Virus record (IMG/VR): IMGVR_UViG_3300032309_001150
Coordinates: 1 to 54,146 of that record
From: a virus
Taxonomy: Duplodnaviria > Caudoviricetes
Length of the DNA stretch: 54,146 nucleotides
Reading direction: 5' to 3' (one strand)
Shown: positions 8,991-17,914 of the stretch, one piece after another
Layout: the number at the start of each line of letters is the position of its first letter
Position numbering within the stretch: position 1 is the stretch's first letter
Notes under the pieces: model-generated
What the model was told of the DNA's origin: nothing
What the model saw: the letters and a program-made list of their open reading frames with translations, nothing else
Databases searched by the model: none
Program-made: the position numbers and the translations under genes

Positions 8991-11378
8991 TTATCTCCCA
9001 ATTGCGTATTTAGACGGAACAGAACCCCATGCCATATAAATTAGATTTGTGCCATTTGCGGTGTTTAAATTTTTGATCATACAACCTGTTGAAAGAAAAT
9101 AATACGCCATCCCACTGGAGGCAAAGTTTGTGTTTTTCCAAGTGTCAACATCTGCCGCATACCAATAATCAGTCACATTGTTGTAGGGATTATTAAAATT
9201 ATTATCAGCCGTGGTGGCTTGATAAAAAACATTTGATCTAGACCCAGCAAGAGCTTGTCTGTTAATAAAAATACATGGCGTGAACCCAAATGCAAACATG
9301 GTAGGGTTTGAACTGGTTAATATGTATGAAAAACTAGAGTATCCTTTTACGCTATTGAAACAATACATCTCGTATGCATTCGAAGCTATCAATGCGCTTG
9401 TGGCAAAATTTACAATAGTGCTTGAAGGCGTAGCGTTATTCCATATTGCAGATGTGGTTTGCGACCCCGGGCCATTGAAAGGAAAATATACCGTGTTTCC
9501 TAACCCTACATGGTAACAAAACCAATTACTTCCTGTAGCGCTAACGCTTCTCAGCATTATGAATTCTGGCGCACTATTTAAACCGTGGCCGACGGTAAAA
9601 GTGCCAGAAGCTGGCGATGTAAAAGTTACTATTGACGTGCCAAGCGAAGTATTTGCGCGTACAGAAGAACTTACAGTTCCGTTTGTATTTGTGGCCGATG
9701 AAGCATTTACAACAAATTGGACCGCCGCGTATACAGTTGTGTTGTTGTTGGCTTGAGTATCAGAGCCAAGACTGAAGCCATTTGAATTGAATGCTGTTAA
9801 CCCAGTTGCTTTTGTTGTTATCGCTGTAGTTGCGCTTAGATCTATAGCCTTGGTTACGCCCTGTTGAACGTCGTAAGCAACGCTGTTGAACGATGCGCTG
9901 TTTGGAAAAATCCAAACTATATCTGGTAACAAACCCGTTGATGTAAATGAATTTGAAGTGTTGTCAATGGATTGGGTGGCCGCAGTGCCTGTATAGTTAC
10001 TCATTCGTACATAATCCGTTCCAAGAACCACACTTGGCGTTGGCAGATTGGCCGTACAAATTGATTTGTATCCGCTAGGTATAGTCCATTTAAATGGGCG
10101 CTGTCCAGCGTTGTAAGTTATAGAAGAGCCAGACGACATTAAAAAAGAAACAAATATCCGTTGCCACGATGTAGCTGTAGCCGCTGGAACGGTAGCAACT
10201 GTAGTCCAATTGGTTCCGTCTGTCGTTCTCTCAAACAAGCGCGAAGAATTTGTAAAACGAAACCCGCCAAATGTTTGTACGCCACCCGCAGTAGTGGACA
10301 CATTAAAAAGTGCGGTGTAATTATCATTATAATCACCAAGCATAACATCGGTGTTTGTGCTGGGTGTTACAGGGCTTGGAACCTCCCAATAATAATCTCC
10401 GCCAGTTAAATCGTACAGGCCAACTTGCGTAGCATCAGCCCCAAATGAATTTGTCGATAAAGTTTTTGCTTTTGAAAAATTTCCACGATTGCCATCGCCC
10501 GCAAATCTTCCTGTCAAAGAATTAAACACATCGTAATTACCTCTGGCAATTCCATCCGACCCGATATACGGGGTAGGCGAATCATATAGTGGGCTTTGAT
10601 ATACGTCGTTAGTTAGAGTAAAAGATGCTGTCGTATAGTTGTTTCCATTGCCAGATGTGTCATTCCCTAGCGTGGATGTGCTGGTTGTATCTGTAAACTT
10701 ATAAAGCCCGCCATTAGCGCCATACGAGCCTGTGTACGCTTTTGGCGTCCATACACCAGTTGTTGCACTATATTCTCCAAACATTGTTAGAACTGTTGTA
10801 GAAACTTGATTTATGGTTCTTGTTGTTGTTGTCGGAACAACGCCGTCAAGAAAATGTAAATCGGTGAGAAGGTTTTCATACGTTGTGCCGGTTGAAATTC
10901 TGCCAACATATTGAACTGTCGTTCCGTTGTTAAAAAGGGGCACTGCATTTTGCACCCACGACCCACTGAGAGTGCCGGGGACAAGCCTTCCATTGACAAA
11001 TATTCTTAACCCTGCGGCGGCGGTTGCTTGGGTCGTATCCACAGCCACAACAACGTGAAACCAAACATTATCAATAAAAACAGGCGTTGTAGTAAAAGAA
11101 TTGCCGTTGTTAATGCGAATTACAAGTTCGCCAGTGCTTTGATGCAGAATGTAGTCATTAGTAGCCCCGGCTGTCAAAATATAAGTTGACGAAGACGTTG
11201 ATGTAGTTAAATTTACATCGACATTTTTATACCAAAAAGAAATCGTATATATTTTGTTGTTTGTGGGGGTGACGTTGGTTCTACTCATTGTCCCCTGAGT
11301 ACCAAAAGCCAGTGACCCAGCAATCAAATATTGCGACGTTTGGTTTTTGGTGATGAAAATATCTTTTGATGCAAACAT
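8991..11378 (-). CDS. tail fibre/receptor-binding protein with concanavalin A/LamG-like and SPRY-like domains
   Basis: YTISFWYK, WFHVVVAVDTTQ, DTSGNGNN, YYWEV, TVGHGLNSAPEFIM motifs; 795 aa. Confidence 0.75.
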   Translation of the reverse strand: MFASKDIFITKNQTSQYLIAGSLAFGTQGTMSRTNVTPTNNKIYTISFWYKNVDVNLTTSTSSSTYILTAGATNDYILHQSTGELVIRINNGNSFTTTPVFIDNVWFHVVVAVDTTQATAAAGLRIFVNGRLVPGTLSGSWVQNAVPLFNNGTTVQYVGRISTGTTYENLLTDLHFLDGVVPTTTTRTINQVSTTVLTMFGEYSATTGVWTPKAYTGSYGANGGLYKFTDTTSTSTLGNDTSGNGNNYTTASFTLTNDVYQSPLYDSPTPYIGSDGIARGNYDVFNSLTGRFAGDGNRGNFSKAKTLSTNSFGADATQVGLYDLTGGDYYWEVPSPVTPSTNTDVMLGDYNDNYTALFNVSTTAGGVQTFGGFRFTNSSRLFERTTDGTNWTTVATVPAATATSWQRIFVSFLMSSGSSITYNAGQRPFKWTIPSGYKSICTANLPTPSVVLGTDYVRMSNYTGTAATQSIDNTSNSFTSTGLLPDIVWIFPNSASFNSVAYDVQQGVTKAIDLSATTAITTKATGLTAFNSNGFSLGSDTQANNNTTVYAAVQFVVNASSATNTNGTVSSSVRANTSLGTSIVTFTSPASGTFTVGHGLNSAPEFIMLRSVSATGSNWFCYHVGLGNTVYFPFNGPGSQTTSAIWNNATPSSTIVNFATSALIASNAYEMYCFNSVKGYSSFSYILTSSNPTMFAFGFTPCIFINRQALAGSRSNVFYQATTADNNFNNPYNNVTDYWYAADVDTWKNTNFASSGMAYYFLSTGCMIKNLNTANGTNLIYMAWGSVPSKYAIGR

Positions 11379-12916
11379 TACGCGTACGCCTGTGCAATGT
11401 TGCCGTACCAGTTTGTGCCATCAGCAACGAACGACGCAATATCCCAGCGTGACGCGGTCGTGGTGAGTGTCGGAGCGGTTCCAGCGGGCCATTTCACGGA
11501 TGTGAATGTTCCTGTGAAGGAGCCAGCGCCAGTGCTGATGATCAGGATGAATGACTTGCCAGCTACGTTTGTAGGCATCGTAAACGTACAGTTGCCAGTC
11601 ATGGTCACGGTCTGCACAGTGCCGCTGGTCAAATCAAGAGTTTTAGATGTGCCTGAGTTACCAATAGCAACCACACTTTCAACATAGTTGGTGACGGTTG
11701 GATTGGTCAGCGTTTTGGCGGTTAGCGTCTGGGTTGACCCAAGATTCACCAGCGTGTCAGAAGCATTGGGGAACGTGTAACTGTTAGCGCCTGCGACTAC
11801 GAATGTTGATGCAAAGTTGCCGCTGATTGTGAGGGTGCTTGCCGCATTGTTTGCAACACCCGTACCACCGTTGGCAGGCCCCAGCGTGCCAGCCACGGTT
11901 ACCGCGCCAGTCGATGCTGTGTTTGGGGTTAACCCAGTCGTGCCAAATGTAATTGAAGCCACGCCGCTGGCCGCACCAGTTGCCCATTGCGGGGCTGTAC
12001 CCCCACCATTTACAGTCAAAACTTGTCCGGCAGTTCCGATACCGAGCTTTGTAAACGACGTTCCAGAGGAATAATAAATTAGATCGCCAGCGGTGTAGCT
12101 AGTTTGTCCAGTGCCGCCTTGGGTGGTGGGCAAGTTGGTTGGTATGGTTTGTTTGACGTAAATATTTCCCGATGCGTTCACATAGGTCACCACGCCAACT
12201 TGAACGACCAAGCCAGTTGGCGGCACTGTGTTCATCAGTTGACCAGCAGAGTATGGGCTGAGGTATAAGATCTGACCCACGGTGTAGGTACTGGTATTGA
12301 CGCCTTCAATGGTTCCATTGGATACAACATAACCAATCGCGCCGTTTGCAATAGCGCCCTCTGTCAAACCGATTACAGAAGAAGTTGATGTAGCATCCGC
12401 TCTGGCCAAAGCAATGTTGGGGTACGTCTGACCACTTGATGTGCCAGTAACGTAAACAGCAGAACCGTTTGGAATGCTTGATCCAGTGTTGTTGATAACC
12501 CTGAATTGAATATCCAACCCCATGTGAACAAGCCCGGTGCTAACGTCGTTGTAGTACGCCAAAGCCTTTTTGGCTGTGTCATAAAAAACGCGACCCTCTT
12601 GATATGAGGGCGCAGAAATTGCGGCATAGTCGGCGTAGTTGGCAATGCCTTGTGTGTTGGTGGACAGCTTTGTGCCGTCAAACGTCAAGTTTGCACTACC
12701 AGCATACGCGCCAGAGTTGTTGTAAATAACCTGACCGTTTGTGCCTGCAATACTGACAGCAAACTGAGAAACAGTTCCGCCCGAGTTTTTGTAAAACAAC
12801 TTTCCATCAGCGTAATTGATGGCCAACTCGCCAAACGCTAAATCGGCGGCCAATGGCACGTTGGTGGTCGTGCCACTGCTATATAGTTTTATTGGGGTGT
12901 AGCCTGCCTGTGCCAT
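11378..12916 (-). CDS. tail fibre protein
   Basis: GELAINYADGKLFYK N-terminus, GGTG repeats, C-terminal VKWPAGTAPTLTT. Confidence 0.75.
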   Translation of the reverse strand: MAQAGYTPIKLYSSGTTTNVPLAADLAFGELAINYADGKLFYKNSGGTVSQFAVSIAGTNGQVIYNNSGAYAGSANLTFDGTKLSTNTQGIANYADYAAISAPSYQEGRVFYDTAKKALAYYNDVSTGLVHMGLDIQFRVINNTGSSIPNGSAVYVTGTSSGQTYPNIALARADATSTSSVIGLTEGAIANGAIGYVVSNGTIEGVNTSTYTVGQILYLSPYSAGQLMNTVPPTGLVVQVGVVTYVNASGNIYVKQTIPTNLPTTQGGTGQTSYTAGDLIYYSSGTSFTKLGIGTAGQVLTVNGGGTAPQWATGAASGVASITFGTTGLTPNTASTGAVTVAGTLGPANGGTGVANNAASTLTISGNFASTFVVAGANSYTFPNASDTLVNLGSTQTLTAKTLTNPTVTNYVESVVAIGNSGTSKTLDLTSGTVQTVTMTGNCTFTMPTNVAGKSFILIISTGAGSFTGTFTSVKWPAGTAPTLTTTASRWDIASFVADGTNWYGNIAQAYA

Positions 12917-12925
12917 GGTCTTCCT

Positions 12926-13201
12926 TTACGTTGGGCCGTATTTGCCTTCGTACAGCGGCGATTGGTCGACCACACCGTTCAAGGTGTCGTCTGGCCGCGG
13001 GAATCGAAGGTTGATGCGTTCGGTCTGGCGGGCGGCGAGGCGGTAAGGATCAATGTTGTCCTTGCACCCTTGATCGCACACCCTCAGGCCGGGGAAATTG
13101 GTGTCTGGCGAAAGTTGAACCAGCATGCGCTTCATCTTGCATCGGTCGCAAACAGCTATTGCCAGCGACGTTTGACCTTCTGTGCTGAGTAATCTTGGCA
13201 T
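12926..13201 (-). CDS. small Cys-containing (putative Zn-binding) protein
   Basis: CDRC...CDQGC; ends RFPRPD. Confidence 0.65.
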   Translation of the reverse strand: MPRLLSTEGQTSLAIAVCDRCKMKRMLVQLSPDTNFPGLRVCDQGCKDNIDPYRLAARQTERINLRFPRPDDTLNGVVDQSPLYEGKYGPT

Positions 13202-13203
13202 GA

Positions 13204-14277
13204 TTACCTCGTATAAACAGAAATATTGGGAGCCCAGTAGATTGGCGATTTGTCGCGTTCTTCTTGCTCTGCTTCAAGCAAGAACTTGGCGGCTTGCGCG
13301 TCAAGATAGTTCATGCGGTCAGGCGCGACCCCGGGGAGTTCCATCGACATCCGATGCGCCAAATTCATGAGAACCGCCTCGTACCAACGCTGTGGGATCT
13401 CCACTTCGCCATAAAGCTGGCCAACGTCCATGATCTGGCGCGAATACCAGATTACGATTTGCACGAATGAGGTGTCTGGGGTTGGCCACACATAGATTGT
13501 GGGCAACGGAATTGTTCTATCGAACCAAAATTGATACGGCTGGTTGGCCGTGAAATTCTTGTTTGGTAAGTTGGTGTAGTCGTCGCGGTTCAGGCGCGAC
13601 ATTTCGATCTCTCGGCCATTTGTGCCGAAATACAGTTCCCGCAGACCAAGGGTGGTAGTGCTAGTGGCACGCATACGGTAATACCGTACGTTTGCGCCGG
13701 GGTCAACATCCTGCCACACCCATTGCCCATCAGTAACAGCAACAGAAGTGCCTGTGTACAAGGTCTTCCATGTCGATCCGTCGACAGATGACTCAAACAC
13801 ATAATTCCACGTCTGGCTACCGCCGCCAGCTATGTAGGGCATGAAGCCTATCGAACCAATGTAATTGGTTTGGCCTGCGCCGTAGTCAATTGAAATGTTG
13901 CCCGCTGGTGTTGTCTGCGCACAGTAGGTGGTAGTGTCCTCATCAAAGGCAAAGTCGACTGTTCCGCCAGCGGATGAGGCGTATGTCCCAGTTGGGCGCG
14001 TCATCGTTCTGTACAGCACGTTCAGGGCGTCCACAGAGCCTTGCGGCAGGCTGTAGATGTATTGGTCAGCAATCGTGCCCAGAACAACCTTGTTGATGGC
14101 CCAATACTGAATGCCGCGATTGGACAGGTGGCTCAAGAAAAAATACAGAGACTCGCGGGCGGATCTAACCTGTTCCGAGGTAAGTTCCTCGGCAAGTTTT
14201 CCGCACCGACGCGCCCCGTGGTCAATCAGGGTTTGGACGTCTATGACGGTAGCACCAACTGTTCCTGAGTAGGCCAT
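13204..14277 (-). CDS. head-tail adaptor with inserted discoidin/galactose-binding-like domain
   Basis: VRSARESL...LSNRGIQYW and YVWPTPD adaptor motifs flank AFDED...SSVDGSTW...RYYRMR. Confidence 0.6.
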   Translation of the reverse strand: MAYSGTVGATVIDVQTLIDHGARRCGKLAEELTSEQVRSARESLYFFLSHLSNRGIQYWAINKVVLGTIADQYIYSLPQGSVDALNVLYRTMTRPTGTYASSAGGTVDFAFDEDTTTYCAQTTPAGNISIDYGAGQTNYIGSIGFMPYIAGGGSQTWNYVFESSVDGSTWKTLYTGTSVAVTDGQWVWQDVDPGANVRYYRMRATSTTTLGLRELYFGTNGREIEMSRLNRDDYTNLPNKNFTANQPYQFWFDRTIPLPTIYVWPTPDTSFVQIVIWYSRQIMDVGQLYGEVEIPQRWYEAVLMNLAHRMSMELPGVAPDRMNYLDAQAAKFLLEAEQEERDKSPIYWAPNISVYTR

Positions 14278-14280
14278 TTT

Positions 14281-14484
14281 TTACCAGTCAGCGCAGGACG
14301 TATTCTTTTTTGTCGTAACCATTACGGTTGTTTTGCCGCCATCTTTCATCGGCTTTGCAGGCACTGTGTTCATTGGAACAACTGTCATTGGCATTGGTTT
14401 TGCCATCGGCTTTACCATTGGTTTTGGCATTGGCTTTGCAGGAGCTTTTGCATACATAGTTTTGGGCGCAAGTCGTGAACTCAT
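14281..14484 (-). CDS. small basic Pro/Met-rich protein
   Basis: KPM repeats, MKDGG motif; AGGAG RBS before ATG 14484. Confidence 0.55.
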   Translation of the reverse strand: MSSRLAPKTMYAKAPAKPMPKPMVKPMAKPMPMTVVPMNTVPAKPMKDGGKTTVMVTTKKNTSCADW

Positions 14485-14498
14485 GGTTTTTTCTCCTG

Positions 14499-14750
14499 TT
14501 ACCAGCCGGGGCAATCCCAGCGTTTTAATGATGCCTTTGCTCTTGGCGCATCCCCTTTGGAATGCTCAACCACACCGCTCATTCTGGCGCAGAAGGAATC
14601 CTTCCGTGCTCCGCCCTTTGGTTGCGGAGCTTTCAAATTGCTTCCAGTCTCGCGGTTGTATTTTGCCCGACCCTTGGCTGTTAATCCAGCACCTTTTTCG
14701 ACGGACAACTTTTCACCACGACCAACAGCAAGTGATGGATTTTTTGCCAT
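14499..14750 (-). CDS. small basic phage protein (DUF6321-like)
   Basis: GLTAKGRAKYNRETGSNLKAP...SFCARMSG...LKRW. Confidence 0.7.
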   Translation of the reverse strand: MAKNPSLAVGRGEKLSVEKGAGLTAKGRAKYNRETGSNLKAPQPKGGARKDSFCARMSGVVEHSKGDAPRAKASLKRWDCPGW

Positions 14751-14752
14751 GA

Positions 14753-15199
14753 TTACCAGCAGGATTTTTTGGCGGAACCGCCAGATTTCATTTTGGCTGT
14801 TTTGGCTGACTGCTTGAAGGCTTCAGCAGTTGGAGCGCCTTTTGAGCCCGGCTTACGCATGCGCTCACCAGAGCCTTCAGCGATTCGTTCACGTTTTGCA
14901 TTGATATTTTCATACAAGCCGCCGCCCTTCATTTTTTTGGTTGAAAATAATTTTTCCACAATTTTTATCCTCTCGGGTTTTGAGGTTGCTTGGCTGACAA
15001 TTTTTAAACGCTCTGGCTGGCTTTTACCTTCATCATAAAACCCAGCCTTTTTTAAAGATTGGACAACTCCGCCATCTTTCATTTTTTTATCAGCCTTGAC
15101 AAACTCTTTGCCAACCTTTTGAGGTACACCACCAAAGCCGCCCTTGGTGTGAGCGGCGGCTTCCATCAAACGATGTTGAGCAGGTGATTTGCTTGGCAT
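14753..15199 (-). CDS. basic protein of three short modules joined by MKxGG linkers
   Basis: likely start MPSKSPAQ at 15199; MKDGG, MKGGG, MKSGG. Confidence 0.7.
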   Translation of the reverse strand: MPSKSPAQHRLMEAAAHTKGGFGGVPQKVGKEFVKADKKMKDGGVVQSLKKAGFYDEGKSQPERLKIVSQATSKPERIKIVEKLFSTKKMKGGGLYENINAKRERIAEGSGERMRKPGSKGAPTAEAFKQSAKTAKMKSGGSAKKSCW

Positions 15200-15200
15200 G

Positions 15201-17867
15201 TTAAGCCTGCGCTTCTTTCCATGACAGACGAGCCTGAATGTTTGCCGCACCAGTTGTGGTTGCAACTACATACAGGACATCAGGGCCGTCAGGATACAAA
15301 CCAGCTTGCGTTGTTGGAACGGTATTGTTGACGCCGCCACCCAAGATTGAGTTGCCCAAATCGCGCACCTGAGTCAAGTCCAAGGTACTGATGCCAACTG
15401 GAACGTAAGTAGCCGCCAATGATTCGCCACCTGTAATCGTTGCGGACGTGCCTGTTGACCCGTTCACCGCAATTTGCGCCAAAGACGAGGTAAAGCCGCC
15501 TGCAAGTTGTTGTGGCGAAATAAACGAGGCTTGTGCGCCAGTTCCAGAAAACGCCGCCGCAAGACGACCGTTCAAAACCAAGTTAATCAAAACCGCTGAA
15601 GTCGACGCAATGATTGACACCGAGTCAAGTTGCAACTGCATGCGGTTGATGGTTTCTTTTAAGCCCAATGTATCGGTGGTTCCAGTATCTACTGATGGCG
15701 CAATACGGATTGCCATCAAGGCATAGGAACCAGCCACGGTAACCGCCAAAGGCGTGGTCATGCCGTAGTTGAAAATCAGCGATTTGTCGTCGTTGAATTG
15801 GCCGTCCATGATGACAGAAGAGCCCCAGTGCGAAATTGAAGGCACTGAGTCAGCCGTGGCGTATTCAACCGTTACAAACGCGGTTTGCGGGTTGGTTACT
15901 GAAAAGGCTGTAGCCGCCGCGCCACCAGTTACGCCACGAGTACAACCAGTCAGCGAGGTTGCTGTTTTTCCGGTGTACGTCACATACTCAACAATTCCAG
16001 CCGCGCCTGCCCCTGTGATTTTTGCCAACCCACTTAAGTTGAACAAGCTTGTGTCAGACACAGGAAGTGTGGTATCCCCTGCGCCAATCGACGCGGTCAA
16101 AAATGTTGTTGGGGTCAGACCAGAAGATTCGTAGTGCGACGGCAAGTTACCAGAACGCATGAAAGCTTCATATTGCAAATTATTATTTTGAACTTGATGG
16201 CAATACGTCACCGCTCCATCTTTTCCGCGCATACCCCAGCGAATTGAACCTGCGCCGTACCAAGAATAGTCGATGTACCACATCTGCATGCGCGTGAGGT
16301 CAAGCGTGTAGCCTGAAGGGCCTGTTCCATCCATTGGGTCAAACCAAGTAGATCGCGGATACACGGTGTCCGTGGTAATAGACATGATGTAGCCACCGTT
16401 TGGCGAGGAAGTTGCGTTGTAACTTGCGCCACGATATTCAGGCGAAATAGTTAGGGAGGTATCGCTGTCAATTGCAATCACACGATATGACTGACCTCGA
16501 ATGACGCAGAACTGGCCCGGTACAAACGACTGGGTAAAGTTGGTTCCAACTCCAGTGACGGTTCCGTTACCTTGCGTCACTTGCACATACCCTTGCGTTT
16601 GAACGGTGGAGTTCCGAACAACGGCGCTTAAAGTTTGCCCGTCAAATCTAAAAAATATGCCGTTTTGTTGGTCAAAAATACCAACAGAGTTTGAGGCTCC
16701 GTACCAGATGATTGGGTTGATACGAATATTGTTACCCCGTGCTGGTGATGAAGGAGGGGTGTCTATTACGGTAGTTTGGTAGGTAAACGTGGTTCTTGAA
16801 AATCCGCCCGTTAAAATTGTGAACGTGCCGTTGTATTGTGTTGGGGTGCATCCAGACACCGTAACAACTGCGCCAGCGGCAAGATTGTGAGGGGCTGATG
16901 TGGTGACCGTAACCGTGCGACCTGCGGCGGTCAACGTTGGTTGGAAAAGCGTTGGGCACAGTGATGATCCAGTAGAGAACTGGATGCCTTTGCCTGATTG
17001 GTAGCGGAAATAACGACGTGTCTGACGAATCAATTGCTGATTGGTAATCGTGCCGCCAGCAGAAAAGGCCACGCCACCATCAAACGGGCGGGATTCAACC
17101 CACCCAGCAGGTCGCATGAAAACATTTGATTGGCCAGCGCTGTTTGTTGGGCTTGTCACCGCAACGGCGGTGGTAAAAGTAAACGTGCTGGCAGTTGGGG
17201 TTGTAGCAACAATCCAAGCGCCGTTGACGTTTAAATCACCTGCAAAACCAGTCATGTAAACGTAGTCACCCAAGTTCAAGCCGTGTGGGTAGGTGGTCGT
17301 GCAAAGCGGGGTTGTGGTCGCGCTTGCGGTGATGCAGTTTGCGCCTACTCGAAAAGCGCAGTTGCTGTAAAAGTAGCCGGGGTACACATACGTTTTGCCG
17401 GGGTTAAATACGTTGGTTGTTGCCGTTGCATTAGCGTCAATTAGGAACGAAACAGATACGCCTGCGCTAACGGAAGAAACCAACCACCAACCATTGACGT
17501 TGGGGTTTGTTGCGCCAAAGATAAAAATTGGAGTTGTGTTTGCAACGTAAGCGGCAGTGCTTGCCATGAACACAGTGACAGTACGACTTCCGCTTGTTGT
17601 TTGAATGCCGTTAGATGAAGAGGCATTGTTGACAGTCGTTGAAATCTGGGGAATGTAATACGCGCCCTGACGATTGTTTTGCAAATTGATAGATTCCCAC
17701 TTGGTTGGCTGTTGACCATATTCAAAGTCGGTGTCGATCAAAGCTTGGGGTGTAGAAACGCGCAACTTGTCCACTGGATCGTATGCAGGGGAGCGCGAAG
17801 ACTGTTGCGTGCGCAACTGCTGATCTGTTTTTGTGTCGGGGCCTGTGTATGCAACGAGTTGTGACAT
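15201..17867 (-). CDS. large beta-rich virion structural protein (fibre/spike-like)
   Basis: 888 aa; repeated PHGL/PHNL...FTF/FTY beta modules, WYGAG motif. Confidence 0.6.
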   Translation of the reverse strand: MSQLVAYTGPDTKTDQQLRTQQSSRSPAYDPVDKLRVSTPQALIDTDFEYGQQPTKWESINLQNNRQGAYYIPQISTTVNNASSSNGIQTTSGSRTVTVFMASTAAYVANTTPIFIFGATNPNVNGWWLVSSVSAGVSVSFLIDANATATTNVFNPGKTYVYPGYFYSNCAFRVGANCITASATTTPLCTTTYPHGLNLGDYVYMTGFAGDLNVNGAWIVATTPTASTFTFTTAVAVTSPTNSAGQSNVFMRPAGWVESRPFDGGVAFSAGGTITNQQLIRQTRRYFRYQSGKGIQFSTGSSLCPTLFQPTLTAAGRTVTVTTSAPHNLAAGAVVTVSGCTPTQYNGTFTILTGGFSRTTFTYQTTVIDTPPSSPARGNNIRINPIIWYGASNSVGIFDQQNGIFFRFDGQTLSAVVRNSTVQTQGYVQVTQGNGTVTGVGTNFTQSFVPGQFCVIRGQSYRVIAIDSDTSLTISPEYRGASYNATSSPNGGYIMSITTDTVYPRSTWFDPMDGTGPSGYTLDLTRMQMWYIDYSWYGAGSIRWGMRGKDGAVTYCHQVQNNNLQYEAFMRSGNLPSHYESSGLTPTTFLTASIGAGDTTLPVSDTSLFNLSGLAKITGAGAAGIVEYVTYTGKTATSLTGCTRGVTGGAAATAFSVTNPQTAFVTVEYATADSVPSISHWGSSVIMDGQFNDDKSLIFNYGMTTPLAVTVAGSYALMAIRIAPSVDTGTTDTLGLKETINRMQLQLDSVSIIASTSAVLINLVLNGRLAAAFSGTGAQASFISPQQLAGGFTSSLAQIAVNGSTGTSATITGGESLAATYVPVGISTLDLTQVRDLGNSILGGGVNNTVPTTQAGLYPDGPDVLYVVATTTGAANIQARLSWKEAQA

Positions 17868-17885
17868 TTTTCACCTATTTTGAAG

Positions 17886-17908
17886 TCAAACGGGGGCCGT
17901 AGCCCCCG
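17886..17908 (-). terminator. possible terminator hairpin
   Basis: CGGGGGC-4nt-GCCCCCG with a short T tail. Confidence 0.5.
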
Positions 17909-17914
17909 CCAAGT

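Noticed and set aside
8991-12916. Diversity-generating retroelement acting on fibres
   Set aside because: No reverse transcriptase motif and no template/variable repeat pair seen
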